From a virus (lineage: Duplodnaviria; Caudoviricetes): a DNA stretch of 38,053 bases. Where the stretch lies: the IMG/VR virus record IMGVR_UViG_3300046808_000440, positions 1-38,053 of that record. The stretch is one strand, 5' to 3'. The notes beneath the pieces were generated by a model that worked only from the letters and a program-made list of their open reading frames with translations, made no database searches and had not been told where the DNA came from. This document shows positions 8,401 to 16,385 of this stretch, one piece after another. The position numbers were made by a program, and so were the translations under genes. The stretch's first letter is position 1. Every line of letters begins with the position of its first letter.

Positions 8401-9260
8401 GGATATACAAATGATTCCCATGTCCATGCTCCGCCACCTTGAAATGCAAGAGATGCATTCTGCGTCACTTCCAAATAATCTGTACCATCAATGTACACAC
8501 TCCAATTTGTGTTGTACGGGCTAAATTTTGATGGTTTAGTATCACCATTTATTGTGATTGGAAAACTATTAGTTGACGCATCACTAACAAATGTATTGAC
8601 ATCTCCATTAATTGCCAATGGTGTTATATTAAAATATTGATCTGTAGATGTTATAGTTAAGGTCAACTGCTGCTGAAATGATTGATTCTGTGCATCACTT
8701 ACTATAACAGTAAACTGATAAGTTCCATCTGTTGTTGTTCCAGTTATTAATCCAGAAGAAGAAAGAGTTGTGCCAGCAGGTAATGAACTTCCTCCCTGTA
8801 ATGCATAAGTTAACGGAGCATCACCTGTTGCTACAAGTTGCACAGAAACAGATAGTGGTGTTGACGATGTGTATGTAGTTTGAGTGAAGTCAGGAAATCC
8901 ACTAACGACTAATCCTGCAGACCAGATAGCACCTGAGTAGTCAGTATTAAATACGAAAAGATTTTGTGTGCCCAGAGAAAGGCTAGGAAGAACTACTCTT
9001 AATTCTGTAGAACTTACAAATGTTATATTGCCAGATGATACCTGAGTAGTGCCGACATAAACACTGGGATTTACTACAAAACCAGATCCAATAATTTTTA
9101 TATAAGAAGATGACGTTCCAACTGCGGTATCATCTAAATTGTTCCAGTTTGAATCGGTTACTATAACATTGCTAATAGTTACAGCTGCACCTCCACCAGT
9201 GGGTGTGAACCCAACTCTAGATCTAGATACTAGAGAACTACTGGCTTTTTTAACGGACAT
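5430..9260 (-). CDS. Large LamG/concanavalin A-like lectin repeat protein (about 5 domains) with N-terminal IPT-like and putative Ig domains
   Basis: 1276 aa. Five units of (S/N)xYFDG..DFT(I/V)E.W..W.H.A..R..(L/V)(Y/F).NG..GYIS.(F/L)R..KGTA.YT..FT.PT. YALQGGSSLPAGTTLSSSGLITGT is an Ig-like motif. Confidence 0.8.
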   Translation of the reverse strand: MSVKKASSSLVSRSRVGFTPTGGGAAVTISNVIVTDSNWNNLDDTAVGTSSSYIKIIGSGFVVNPSVYVGTTQVSSGNITFVSSTELRVVLPSLSLGTQNLFVFNTDYSGAIWSAGLVVSGFPDFTQTTYTSSTPLSVSVQLVATGDAPLTYALQGGSSLPAGTTLSSSGLITGTTTDGTYQFTVIVSDAQNQSFQQQLTLTITSTDQYFNITPLAINGDVNTFVSDASTNSFPITINGDTKPSKFSPYNTNWSVYIDGTDYLEVTQNASLAFQGGGAWTWESFVYPITGGIVYASYTGPSNSGGSFIFSVGTTIGFSWILNGTDTWSFDSGGTSSTANSVPLNAWSHCAVSYDGAGSLKFFVNGTLNATFSRTVNVDTLVYNIRVGRSMHPDYPSQFGGYLSNMRFVKGTALYTSSFTAPTSALTAVANTVFLGFTSNRMTYDASSVNNTITPFNTPQTTSFGPFTETDTTTGSTYFDGTGDYLTIPDSESFDLPGDFTVEFFAYATGSNARRWFQLGDYRAGQNGILIYSTSGNAIVVYVNGAVIITGPTLVPYQWVYIACVREGAGSNNLKLYVNGSLAGQVTNTLSFVGVTGNGISLGAEYGGSFAATLETYMSDFRLVKGTAVYTAAFTPPTAPLTAVSGTQLLTLQNRQPVNNHTFIDTSGNNIAVTRTGNVTQGSFSPFSPAGWSNYFDGSGDSLTAPAGSAFAYGTGDFTIEGWFYQLTALAYGATLYAQTVSGTNYILITAGANSATPANNLVFHFNTSGAATFLTSTNQFQLNQWNHFAVVRQSGVAYLYINGVANGSAACTQDFSNTTYNPTIGTYSHSGIQYFTGYISNFRIVKGTALYTSNFTPSTASLTAITNTSLLTCQSNRFIDNSTNNFTITKNGDVKVFNFSPFKPTAAYSPVTHGGSAYFDGSSKLTTSSNIDISGIFTIEGWIYSTNAGGWLFTIGNFPVYINVDTGVVTLDKSSVGTQLATTANDQVKGSYSWKHLAITRDSAGLIRVFMNGVLLGSVSTSYSAGTLNGLGQYATYGGAWQGYISDFRVLVGTALYTSAFTPPTAPLVSISNTSFLLNLNNPAIVDISSRNVLETVGDAKIVTSTRKYGTGSLVFDGTGDYLAILNNNLLQFGTGNFTVEFWLNATNTGGTHGLVAASSTGTGYWASLIFQNSIYWQSVNGTTNLFSASYSSYYGSWTHVAFCRNNSVTKLYLNGIEVASASDTNNYNGTAGTYDVGRDLDNNGLLTGYIDDLRITRFARYTANFTPPTSTFLVQ

Positions 9261-9589
9261 TAACTAATCTCGCTACCGAAGATGCTAAAACTTACGTTGG
9301 CGGTAGATGCATAACAGGCAACAACATCTGTAGTTGCCAAAGTAACACCAAGTGTTAATGCCACCATATCGTTTGCAGGAACAGTAGTATCATAAGTGAT
9401 ATAGTGTTTATTCGCCAGAGTTTCGCCTGCTGGTCTAACTGCCAATCTAAATGTTGCATCTGTGCCAGCCAAGTTTGTTATGGTAACTGTACTAACAACT
9501 GCTGATGTGCTGGCAGGTACTGTATAAAGAGTAGTTTGCGTTGTAGCTGCTGGATTAGATTGACCTAATACTTTATAAACTATTGCCAT
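9260..9589 (-). CDS. Small beta-sandwich connector protein (MAIVYKVLGQ family)
   Basis: 109 aa with a TLYTVPA motif, ending FGSEIS; TAAGGA SD; TAATG overlap with the downstream gene. Confidence 0.7.
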   Translation of the reverse strand: MAIVYKVLGQSNPAATTQTTLYTVPASTSAVVSTVTITNLAGTDATFRLAVRPAGETLANKHYITYDTTVPANDMVALTLGVTLATTDVVACYASTANVSFSIFGSEIS

Positions 9590-9598
9590 TTTTATTCC

Positions 9599-10303
9599 TT
9601 ATGCGCCCATTAACAGAAATGGGCTAATAATTGTTTCAGAAAAACTGCTTCTTGCTGTAGTAACTTCAATAACTGCTCCGCTTCCTGGTGCTTCTGAAAA
9701 CACCAAAGATCCACCCGAAACAGAATATGTATTTCTAATTTGAACAACTCCATCTACGACAACTGTTGTTTGATTTTCGCTAGAAGGAGTAACTGATAAT
9801 GAGAATGTAGTTTGCGAACCAGTTCCTGTAAAAATATCTGATGTAAACGAAGCAACTCCTGGTGCCAGTGTCCAGGAGATAATAACAACCTCATCGTTTA
9901 AATCTGCACCAGAGCCAAGTGTTACTGTTGTCGCATTTGTTGCAGTAAAGTCTGCTGGGAGTAATTTAATACCGTTGATATAAACATCGACATATCCAAC
10001 AGAGTAGCCTGCCGATGTTGTAAATACTGTCTGGGATGCAGTTGCTGTGAATACGTCAACTACACGAGAGCCAATTCCTTGTTGATCTAGCTGAGTAACA
10101 ACCCAAGCATTGTTATAGTAAACATTTAATTTGCCATTGGTAGTATTATACCAAAGATCGCCAGCAGATGGTGCTGGAGAAGTTGGAGCAGTTGCAGCTG
10201 TTGTTACTGCGGCACCGCCACCGAGTTCAACTGCTGGATCTATTTTTGCTTGAGTGACTGCACTGTTTGCAATCAGATTGGTTTTAATCTCGGTGAATGG
10301 CAT
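9599..10303 (-). CDS. Short fibre/branching adaptor with two small repeated beta domains
   Basis: 234 aa: AVTQAKID N-terminus, GDLWYNTT linker, FTATASQT..DVYING domain, FTGTGSQTTF..DGVVQ..FSEAP domain; ends ISPFLLMGA. Confidence 0.7.
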   Translation of the reverse strand: MPFTEIKTNLIANSAVTQAKIDPAVELGGGAAVTTAATAPTSPAPSAGDLWYNTTNGKLNVYYNNAWVVTQLDQQGIGSRVVDVFTATASQTVFTTSAGYSVGYVDVYINGIKLLPADFTATNATTVTLGSGADLNDEVVIISWTLAPGVASFTSDIFTGTGSQTTFSLSVTPSSENQTTVVVDGVVQIRNTYSVSGGSLVFSEAPGSGAVIEVTTARSSFSETIISPFLLMGA

Positions 10304-10322
10304 TTACTTCTTTCTTTTTATC

Positions 10323-10330
10323 TATTTATT
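10323..10330 (-). promoter_or_regulatory. T4-like late promoter (AATAAATA)
   Basis: Lies in the 31-nt intergenic gap upstream of 9599..10303. Confidence 0.55.
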
Positions 10331-10334
10331 GGCT

Positions 10335-13300
10335 TTATGTTGTGCGGTATTTAAATATAACTATACCAGAACCACCAGCACCTGCTCCTGGTCCACCAGG
10401 TCCATCGGCACCGCCACCACCATTGCCAGTATTTGCAGCAGCAGGGGAACTTCCGTATCCGTCACCACCATACACACCATTTCCACCAGTACCATAAGTT
10501 ACACCATTACCTGGCCAAACTCTTCCAACACCACCAGTATTGCTATAAGAACCAGTTGCTGTACCACCAGCGCCTCCACCACCAGAAGCAGTACCACCTG
10601 TTCCAGTGCTACCACCCACGTTACCATATCCGTATCCGTATGTGCTAAACTGAGTGCTAGCTCCACCACCGCCACCTGAGCCTCCGCCACCACCGCCACC
10701 TGAACCACCAGCACCACCGCCTCCTCCTGATCCACCATTACCACCACCTAATGTGTATAATGTTAATGGAGTGCTCACAATAGAAGAATTACCTCCAGAT
10801 CCACCAACTGTAACTGTATATGTACCAACTGGTAATGGGTATGTTCCGAACATCATACCACCTGCTCCGCCACCGCCACCGCCAGCACTACTTCCACCAC
10901 CACTACCTCCACCAGCTAGAACTAAAACACTAGCATCAACGAATGTTGGAATAGTAACCTGTAAAGTTCCGCTAGTTGTAAACGTATGTGTCTTATACTC
11001 AAATCCACCTTCAGTAGATGTAGTAATTGTGCCACCAGATGCAGTTGGTGTATTTGTAGCAATCAGCCTGAAAGTTCTACTGCTTACAGTATTAGTAACC
11101 GCAGTAGTTGCAGTAACAGTTATATTTGAATCATATCCAGATACAGATGGTGTTCCAGATATTGTACTGCCAGATAACGTAACACCAGCAGGAAGTGTAT
11201 CTGTTGTGCTATATGTTATTGTATTTGATAATGCGCTTGTTGCACTAAGTGATAAAGTTGATGCTTGTCCTGTTTGGAAGTATACCATCTGATTGGCAGT
11301 TGGCGAAGTCCAGGTAATCTCATCAATAGTATTTGTTATACTAAACTGCCTTCCAGTATAATAGCCGTTAACATCAGTGGCTCTTATTGTAAAATAATAT
11401 ACTGTTGTAGTTGTTTCTGCAGGTAATGTTCCAGAGATAACTCCAGTAGTACCATTTAGTGTTAAACCAGAAGGCAAACTTCCAGATTCTAAACTGTAAA
11501 CTATTGGTGTATCACCAGTAGATTGAATTGTGTAAGAAACTGATTGTGTTTCATATACGTTGACTGTATGAAGTGGACCAGAGTTTGTAGTAAAAGTAGG
11601 TCCAATAGCAGCGCCAACTTTAATTTCTTTGGCACCAGCACCAGTTATTGTAATTGGAACTGTTGATGCTCCCAATGTACTGGTAGTGACAACAGTATCA
11701 CCAGATAATGTTCCGTGACCGAATCTTAAACTGTTATCTAAACTTTTTAAGAATAAAGACTTAGAAGAAAACGGACTATTGTCTTCTATGTTGTTTGCAT
11801 TACATGTTAACAAAACACACTGGTTTGTTATTGCAGCGATGTTAGTGCCAGCAGATTGTGTAGGTTGCAGAGTAGCAGTTGGAACTGTAAAGTTTCCAGT
11901 ATAAACTGCTAGACCTTTACATATTCTTAAATTAGAAATCCATCCGTTATAATAGACTGACCATGTTTGACTAAATCCAATGTTTAACTGTCCAACATAA
12001 TCATAAATGTCTGCCGCATTAGTGACAGAACCAGAAGCAACACCATTACAGTAAATAGTGATTACACCAGATGCTCTAACAATTGCCCAGTGCTGCCAAA
12101 CAGTAGCATCTGGAATAGCAGTACTGACTAGATCTGTTGTTCCAGCGAATCTAAATGTAAGTTTATCAGTGCTAACAGATGCATGTCTGAATAATTGCCA
12201 GCCACGTGTTGTATCGCTGTACTTATGTCCAACAATGCCAGCATTACCTGTTTGGCTAGTCCATGCTGTTGTTGAACGCATCCAAAATTCAATAGTAAAA
12301 TCGCCAGTCCTAAAATTGAAATCTTCATTATTGGTAGTTACTATTCTATCACTATTTGCAGATTGGAACCAAGTAGAATATCCAGTAGTAAATGGGCTAT
12401 AAGGATATGGATTAAATCTGTCGATACTATTATAACTGGTTAAAAGTTTTTTATTACTGGTGGATACAGTTAGGTTAGTTTCGATTGGCGTTCCTGTATA
12501 ATTTTGTAAATTATTTGCAATAGAAACATTGACCTGATCTGCATTTAAATCTGGATCATATAGATGAATTTCGTTCCAACCATTACCAACTATTGCGTCA
12601 GCTGTTCCACCTGTTTGGAGTGCTCCCGCTTGTCCACGTGTAATAAGATAAACTCTACCAGCAGAATCTAATGCATATGATCTAGCATCTATACTTTGGG
12701 TATTAGTTACCTGCCAGCCAGTCGTAGCATTAAATGTCATGGTAACAGTTTTACCTGTTTGCATAACAACCAAACGATCGCCAGCGTTATTAATTGGAAC
12801 CCATGATCTTGGAACTTCAGCTGGAGTTGCCCAAGAATAATGACTATGATATGTTAAAATACTATCATTATTTGCGTCAATTGAGAATGTTACCCAGGTT
12901 CTTTGTCTAACATCATCATATCCAGTTGTAAATGCTGCTATACATTTATCAGCAACACATACAGTAATATAGTTAGTATTACCCTTTTTAAATACATGTG
13001 GCTTAAGAAACCAAGAATTTGATGTATTTGAAGCATAACTTGTCTGCTCTGGCCAACGACCATATGTACCCCAGTTACCGCTAGCAAAATTCATCGTACA
13101 CAGAGTTGTTCCGAATGTTCTTAACTCTTTATTCCAAACGACTCTCCATAAACTTAAAGAATCAGCTGCGCCATATGACATTAAATAAAATACTTTTGTA
13201 TTATTAGAATTATGCTTTATATTACTAGGGAATCGATAAAATGCTGCAACAGCTGCTCCACCAGATATTGGTGAGGCGAGAGTTATATTGTTGATAGTTT

Positions 13301-14042
13301 GGGCATCATGTCCAACGGAAATTATAGAAACATCATGTGTTGATACATTATAAATGGCAAAATAACAGTATTGGTTATCATCAGCACCAATAAAGAAAGG
13401 TATTTCTGTTGTCGCTCCACGAATATTTGTGTATAATGGAAGTGCGCCTGGAGTATAAGTTACTCTGAATATATTATGTGCAGTGTAATCGTGATTAATT
13501 GCAATATAACTAACTGAATTATCTTTCTGCGATTCTCTCGATTTTCTAAATTTATAGATGTGAGAAAGAAAATATGACTGTGTAGTTGCTGAATACAATG
13601 GAGTGCTATTTAAATCTCGCCCATGCCATAGATCTGCTCGAACATCAGTAGTACTTAAATCTCGTGGATAACAAAAATAAGTCATATCTGACTCATTATC
13701 GTAGATAGTTCTTCTTGGTACTGTATTATAATCTAAACATAGAAGCCATGGATCCCAGTTTCCTATCTGAGATGGCCAATTTTGTCTAGAATCAGACCAA
13801 GAGTTTCCATATTTACCATTAGTATCTACAACTGGCCAATCATAAAAATTGGTGCTCATACCATTATACGATGAAACCTGCAAAGCATTACTTTGAAACT
13901 GGAAATATTCGTTGGGACGAACACTAAGATCTTTTACATTGTAAGAAATATTCTCGATGAACATACGATTATATTTTGGATGTGGATCCTCAATAATGTA
14001 TCCATAAGAGCCATACTGCTTAACTGATTTAAATAATGCCAT
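10335..14042 (-). CDS. Multidomain virion adhesin: propeller-like core, Ig-like domain with inserted LamG, two putative Ig domains, glycine-rich domain
   Basis: Likely start is ATG 14042 (MALFKSVKQY), which aligns with the paralog starts and follows the upstream stop (TAAAATG). Domains recognised by motif. Confidence 0.7.
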   Translation of the reverse strand: MALFKSVKQYGSYGYIIEDPHPKYNRMFIENISYNVKDLSVRPNEYFQFQSNALQVSSYNGMSTNFYDWPVVDTNGKYGNSWSDSRQNWPSQIGNWDPWLLCLDYNTVPRRTIYDNESDMTYFCYPRDLSTTDVRADLWHGRDLNSTPLYSATTQSYFLSHIYKFRKSRESQKDNSVSYIAINHDYTAHNIFRVTYTPGALPLYTNIRGATTEIPFFIGADDNQYCYFAIYNVSTHDVSIISVGHDAQTINNITLASPISGGAAVAAFYRFPSNIKHNSNNTKVFYLMSYGAADSLSLWRVVWNKELRTFGTTLCTMNFASGNWGTYGRWPEQTSYASNTSNSWFLKPHVFKKGNTNYITVCVADKCIAAFTTGYDDVRQRTWVTFSIDANNDSILTYHSHYSWATPAEVPRSWVPINNAGDRLVVMQTGKTVTMTFNATTGWQVTNTQSIDARSYALDSAGRVYLITRGQAGALQTGGTADAIVGNGWNEIHLYDPDLNADQVNVSIANNLQNYTGTPIETNLTVSTSNKKLLTSYNSIDRFNPYPYSPFTTGYSTWFQSANSDRIVTTNNEDFNFRTGDFTIEFWMRSTTAWTSQTGNAGIVGHKYSDTTRGWQLFRHASVSTDKLTFRFAGTTDLVSTAIPDATVWQHWAIVRASGVITIYCNGVASGSVTNAADIYDYVGQLNIGFSQTWSVYYNGWISNLRICKGLAVYTGNFTVPTATLQPTQSAGTNIAAITNQCVLLTCNANNIEDNSPFSSKSLFLKSLDNSLRFGHGTLSGDTVVTTSTLGASTVPITITGAGAKEIKVGAAIGPTFTTNSGPLHTVNVYETQSVSYTIQSTGDTPIVYSLESGSLPSGLTLNGTTGVISGTLPAETTTTVYYFTIRATDVNGYYTGRQFSITNTIDEITWTSPTANQMVYFQTGQASTLSLSATSALSNTITYSTTDTLPAGVTLSGSTISGTPSVSGYDSNITVTATTAVTNTVSSRTFRLIATNTPTASGGTITTSTEGGFEYKTHTFTTSGTLQVTIPTFVDASVLVLAGGGSGGGSSAGGGGGGAGGMMFGTYPLPVGTYTVTVGGSGGNSSIVSTPLTLYTLGGGNGGSGGGGGAGGSGGGGGGGSGGGGGASTQFSTYGYGYGNVGGSTGTGGTASGGGGAGGTATGSYSNTGGVGRVWPGNGVTYGTGGNGVYGGDGYGSSPAAANTGNGGGGADGPGGPGAGAGGSGIVIFKYRTT

Positions 14043-14043
14043 T

Positions 14044-14547
14044 TTAATTCCAGAATGGTGTAGGTTCAACTTCTGCTGTACCCAGCGGTATGTTATAACT
14101 GTATGTATCTATAACATTAAATGATATAATATCTTCACAAAGATAATCACTGGCAGAATACTGAAATGCTCCTTCTATCTCAGTATAGAAAAAATTAGAT
14201 TTTTTTGTAGTTGGAGAAATAGGCTGAGAAAAAATTGTATTTCCGCCACCTGATATTAATACTGGTGCTCTAGCATCTGCATAAACATGCGCACCTTCAA
14301 AGGTTTCAGTTCCTACTTCAAAGTTTAAGTTTTTACCTAGTACTGTAAAAAATATCTCATCATTTATCAGTGATGAGAAATCAACATCGTCGCGTTCTGT
14401 AATTTCGCTGGCAGATATTATTTGGTTGTCTTCAAAGTTAACTGTAAATCTACCAGTTCCTTTTTGAACAGCAGCTGTCCTGTATACATTTATACTTACA
14501 GATTTGTTAGAATCTATAGAAAAATTACCGATTAAATTTTTTGCCAT
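14044..14547 (-). CDS. Hypothetical protein
   Basis: 167 aa ORF filling the gap between two paralogs; TAATG overlap upstream; no recognised motif. Confidence 0.65.
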   Translation of the reverse strand: MAKNLIGNFSIDSNKSVSINVYRTAAVQKGTGRFTVNFEDNQIISASEITERDDVDFSSLINDEIFFTVLGKNLNFEVGTETFEGAHVYADARAPVLISGGGNTIFSQPISPTTKKSNFFYTEIEGAFQYSASDYLCEDIISFNVIDTYSYNIPLGTAEVEPTPFWN

Positions 14548-16376
14548 TATACGACTATATTTGCAGTTATGCTGGGTTTACCACCACCAGTAATAGTAAC
14601 TGGAACAGTAAGTGGTCCATTAGTTAAAGTAGTTACAGTTATCTCTTGAGAATTATTGCTGGTAAATTTCATGTTTGAACCAGAAATAACAAGTTTAACA
14701 TTGGCTGCTAATCTAGTATTTAAATGATTTCTTACATTTACTGTAATACTAGAACTTATGTTACTTCCAGTATAAACAAAATCTGTTGTAGCTGGTGGAG
14801 TGATTGTAACAACTGTTGCTTTACTTGGCTGGTAAATATCAATTACTGTATATCCTTCAGCTTCACCATAATCGTATAAGTTAGTAGTACTTTCATATTG
14901 TGTAGCATAGGTATTTGATGTTAGATAAATTCTTCCTGCAGTATCTATAGCAAATCCAGTGGCAGTGACTGGAACGATATTATGAGCAACCCAACCTTTA
15001 TCAACATTAAATGATAAAGTTCCTGTCCAGTTTTCACCACGAGTCACTAACAGTTGAGATCCATCACGAGATATTGGCATATAATATCTTGGCACCTGTC
15101 TTGGCATATCCCAGTCAATAAAACTATGATATGTTAATTGGGTATTATCATTGGCACTAACTTCATAAGTTATCCAACGATTTCTCTTTTGAGATCTATA
15201 TCCTGTCCATTTTTCAGACCAATAGTTACCACCAGAGCGATCGCAGAATAACAAAGTTATAAACCTTCTTCCACCAGTTTGAAACTGATGCACTTTATAA
15301 AAGAATGGATTATCATGTTGACTGTAATAGGCAGTTGGACCACTTGAAGTGAGAGTACGACCTTTACAGATATAAGTGGTTGAGTCAGTTCCAGCTGGAT
15401 GTGTTGTTGTGCAATTTGCTCTTACAATCTCTTTAGTTTTTGGATTCCAACTATAACGGAAAAATACTAGTCTTTGAAATTCTTCTAAATCGTTACCAGC
15501 ATCCCAAGAGCCATAATATTGTTGCCAGCATGCCTGATAAAAAACTTTATTATACTGACCTTCGTGTATAATATTACTTGGAAACTGATAATAATACTGG
15601 TTAGATGCTTCGCTATAAAAGTTATATCTTAATACAGGCGCTAATGCATCAACCATTGTATATTCGTAAATATCTAAACTTCCTGATGGTGCGTAGTGTT
15701 CAGCTACCATCATAGTTTCATCTTCATTTTTACCAATAAAGAAACACTGTCTGTTAATACCACGCTGGCTGGTGAATACTGGAACTGTGCTTGGTGTTAC
15801 CTTAAATTTACCGAAAGTATTACCAGAAGTAGAACTTCTATAAACACCCCACCAGTGATTAGCTTCGTTGGGGTCTTCAAAAAACAATAAACTATTAGTT
15901 GTAGAAGTTAAGTTTCTATATGTCGGTATACCAGCAAGATCATTACCTATAAATGTGTCTGCTCTAGAGCTTGTTGACGTATAACCATTGTAGTATTGAC
16001 CAACAACTAACCCTGTTGAAGATTTTACAAAATAATTTGGTTTATAGTTTTCATAATCTAAACACACGAACCAATTATCCGAGTGACCTGGTGATGCTTC
16101 AGTAGCACCAGTTCTAGTTACATAATTTAAAAAATATGCAAATCGATTTTGTGTAAAAATTTGTGGATACTGATAGTATCCTGCCAATGGAGCATAACTT
16201 GCCTGTAGGTTTGAAGTGTCTTGTCCAGCATAAAACTCACCAAATCTTGGTGTTAAAGTATCAGTATCAAATGCTTGATTCTCAATAAAGATTCGATTTT
16301 TAGTTGGATCTGGATCCTCAACAATATAGTTGTTCGCAGCATATTGTTTACAGTTTACTAATCTAGTTACAGACAT
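14547..16376 (-). CDS. Aromatic-rich propeller-like virion protein with C-terminal Ig-like domain (minimal paralog)
   Basis: 609 aa. Shares EDPD..KNRIFI, FPSNI.H..KVFY, LTYHS and AID..GRIYL motifs with both neighbouring large genes. Confidence 0.65.
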   Translation of the reverse strand: MSVTRLVNCKQYAANNYIVEDPDPTKNRIFIENQAFDTDTLTPRFGEFYAGQDTSNLQASYAPLAGYYQYPQIFTQNRFAYFLNYVTRTGATEASPGHSDNWFVCLDYENYKPNYFVKSSTGLVVGQYYNGYTSTSSRADTFIGNDLAGIPTYRNLTSTTNSLLFFEDPNEANHWWGVYRSSTSGNTFGKFKVTPSTVPVFTSQRGINRQCFFIGKNEDETMMVAEHYAPSGSLDIYEYTMVDALAPVLRYNFYSEASNQYYYQFPSNIIHEGQYNKVFYQACWQQYYGSWDAGNDLEEFQRLVFFRYSWNPKTKEIVRANCTTTHPAGTDSTTYICKGRTLTSSGPTAYYSQHDNPFFYKVHQFQTGGRRFITLLFCDRSGGNYWSEKWTGYRSQKRNRWITYEVSANDNTQLTYHSFIDWDMPRQVPRYYMPISRDGSQLLVTRGENWTGTLSFNVDKGWVAHNIVPVTATGFAIDTAGRIYLTSNTYATQYESTTNLYDYGEAEGYTVIDIYQPSKATVVTITPPATTDFVYTGSNISSSITVNVRNHLNTRLAANVKLVISGSNMKFTSNNSQEITVTTLTNGPLTVPVTITGGGKPSITANIVV

Positions 16377-16385
16377 TTTATTTCC

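Noticed and set aside
989-11292. Plus-strand proline-rich ORFs (989, 2487, 3407, 3779, 4515, 10654)
   Set aside because: Antisense shadows of GGN glycine codons; no RBS or independent support.
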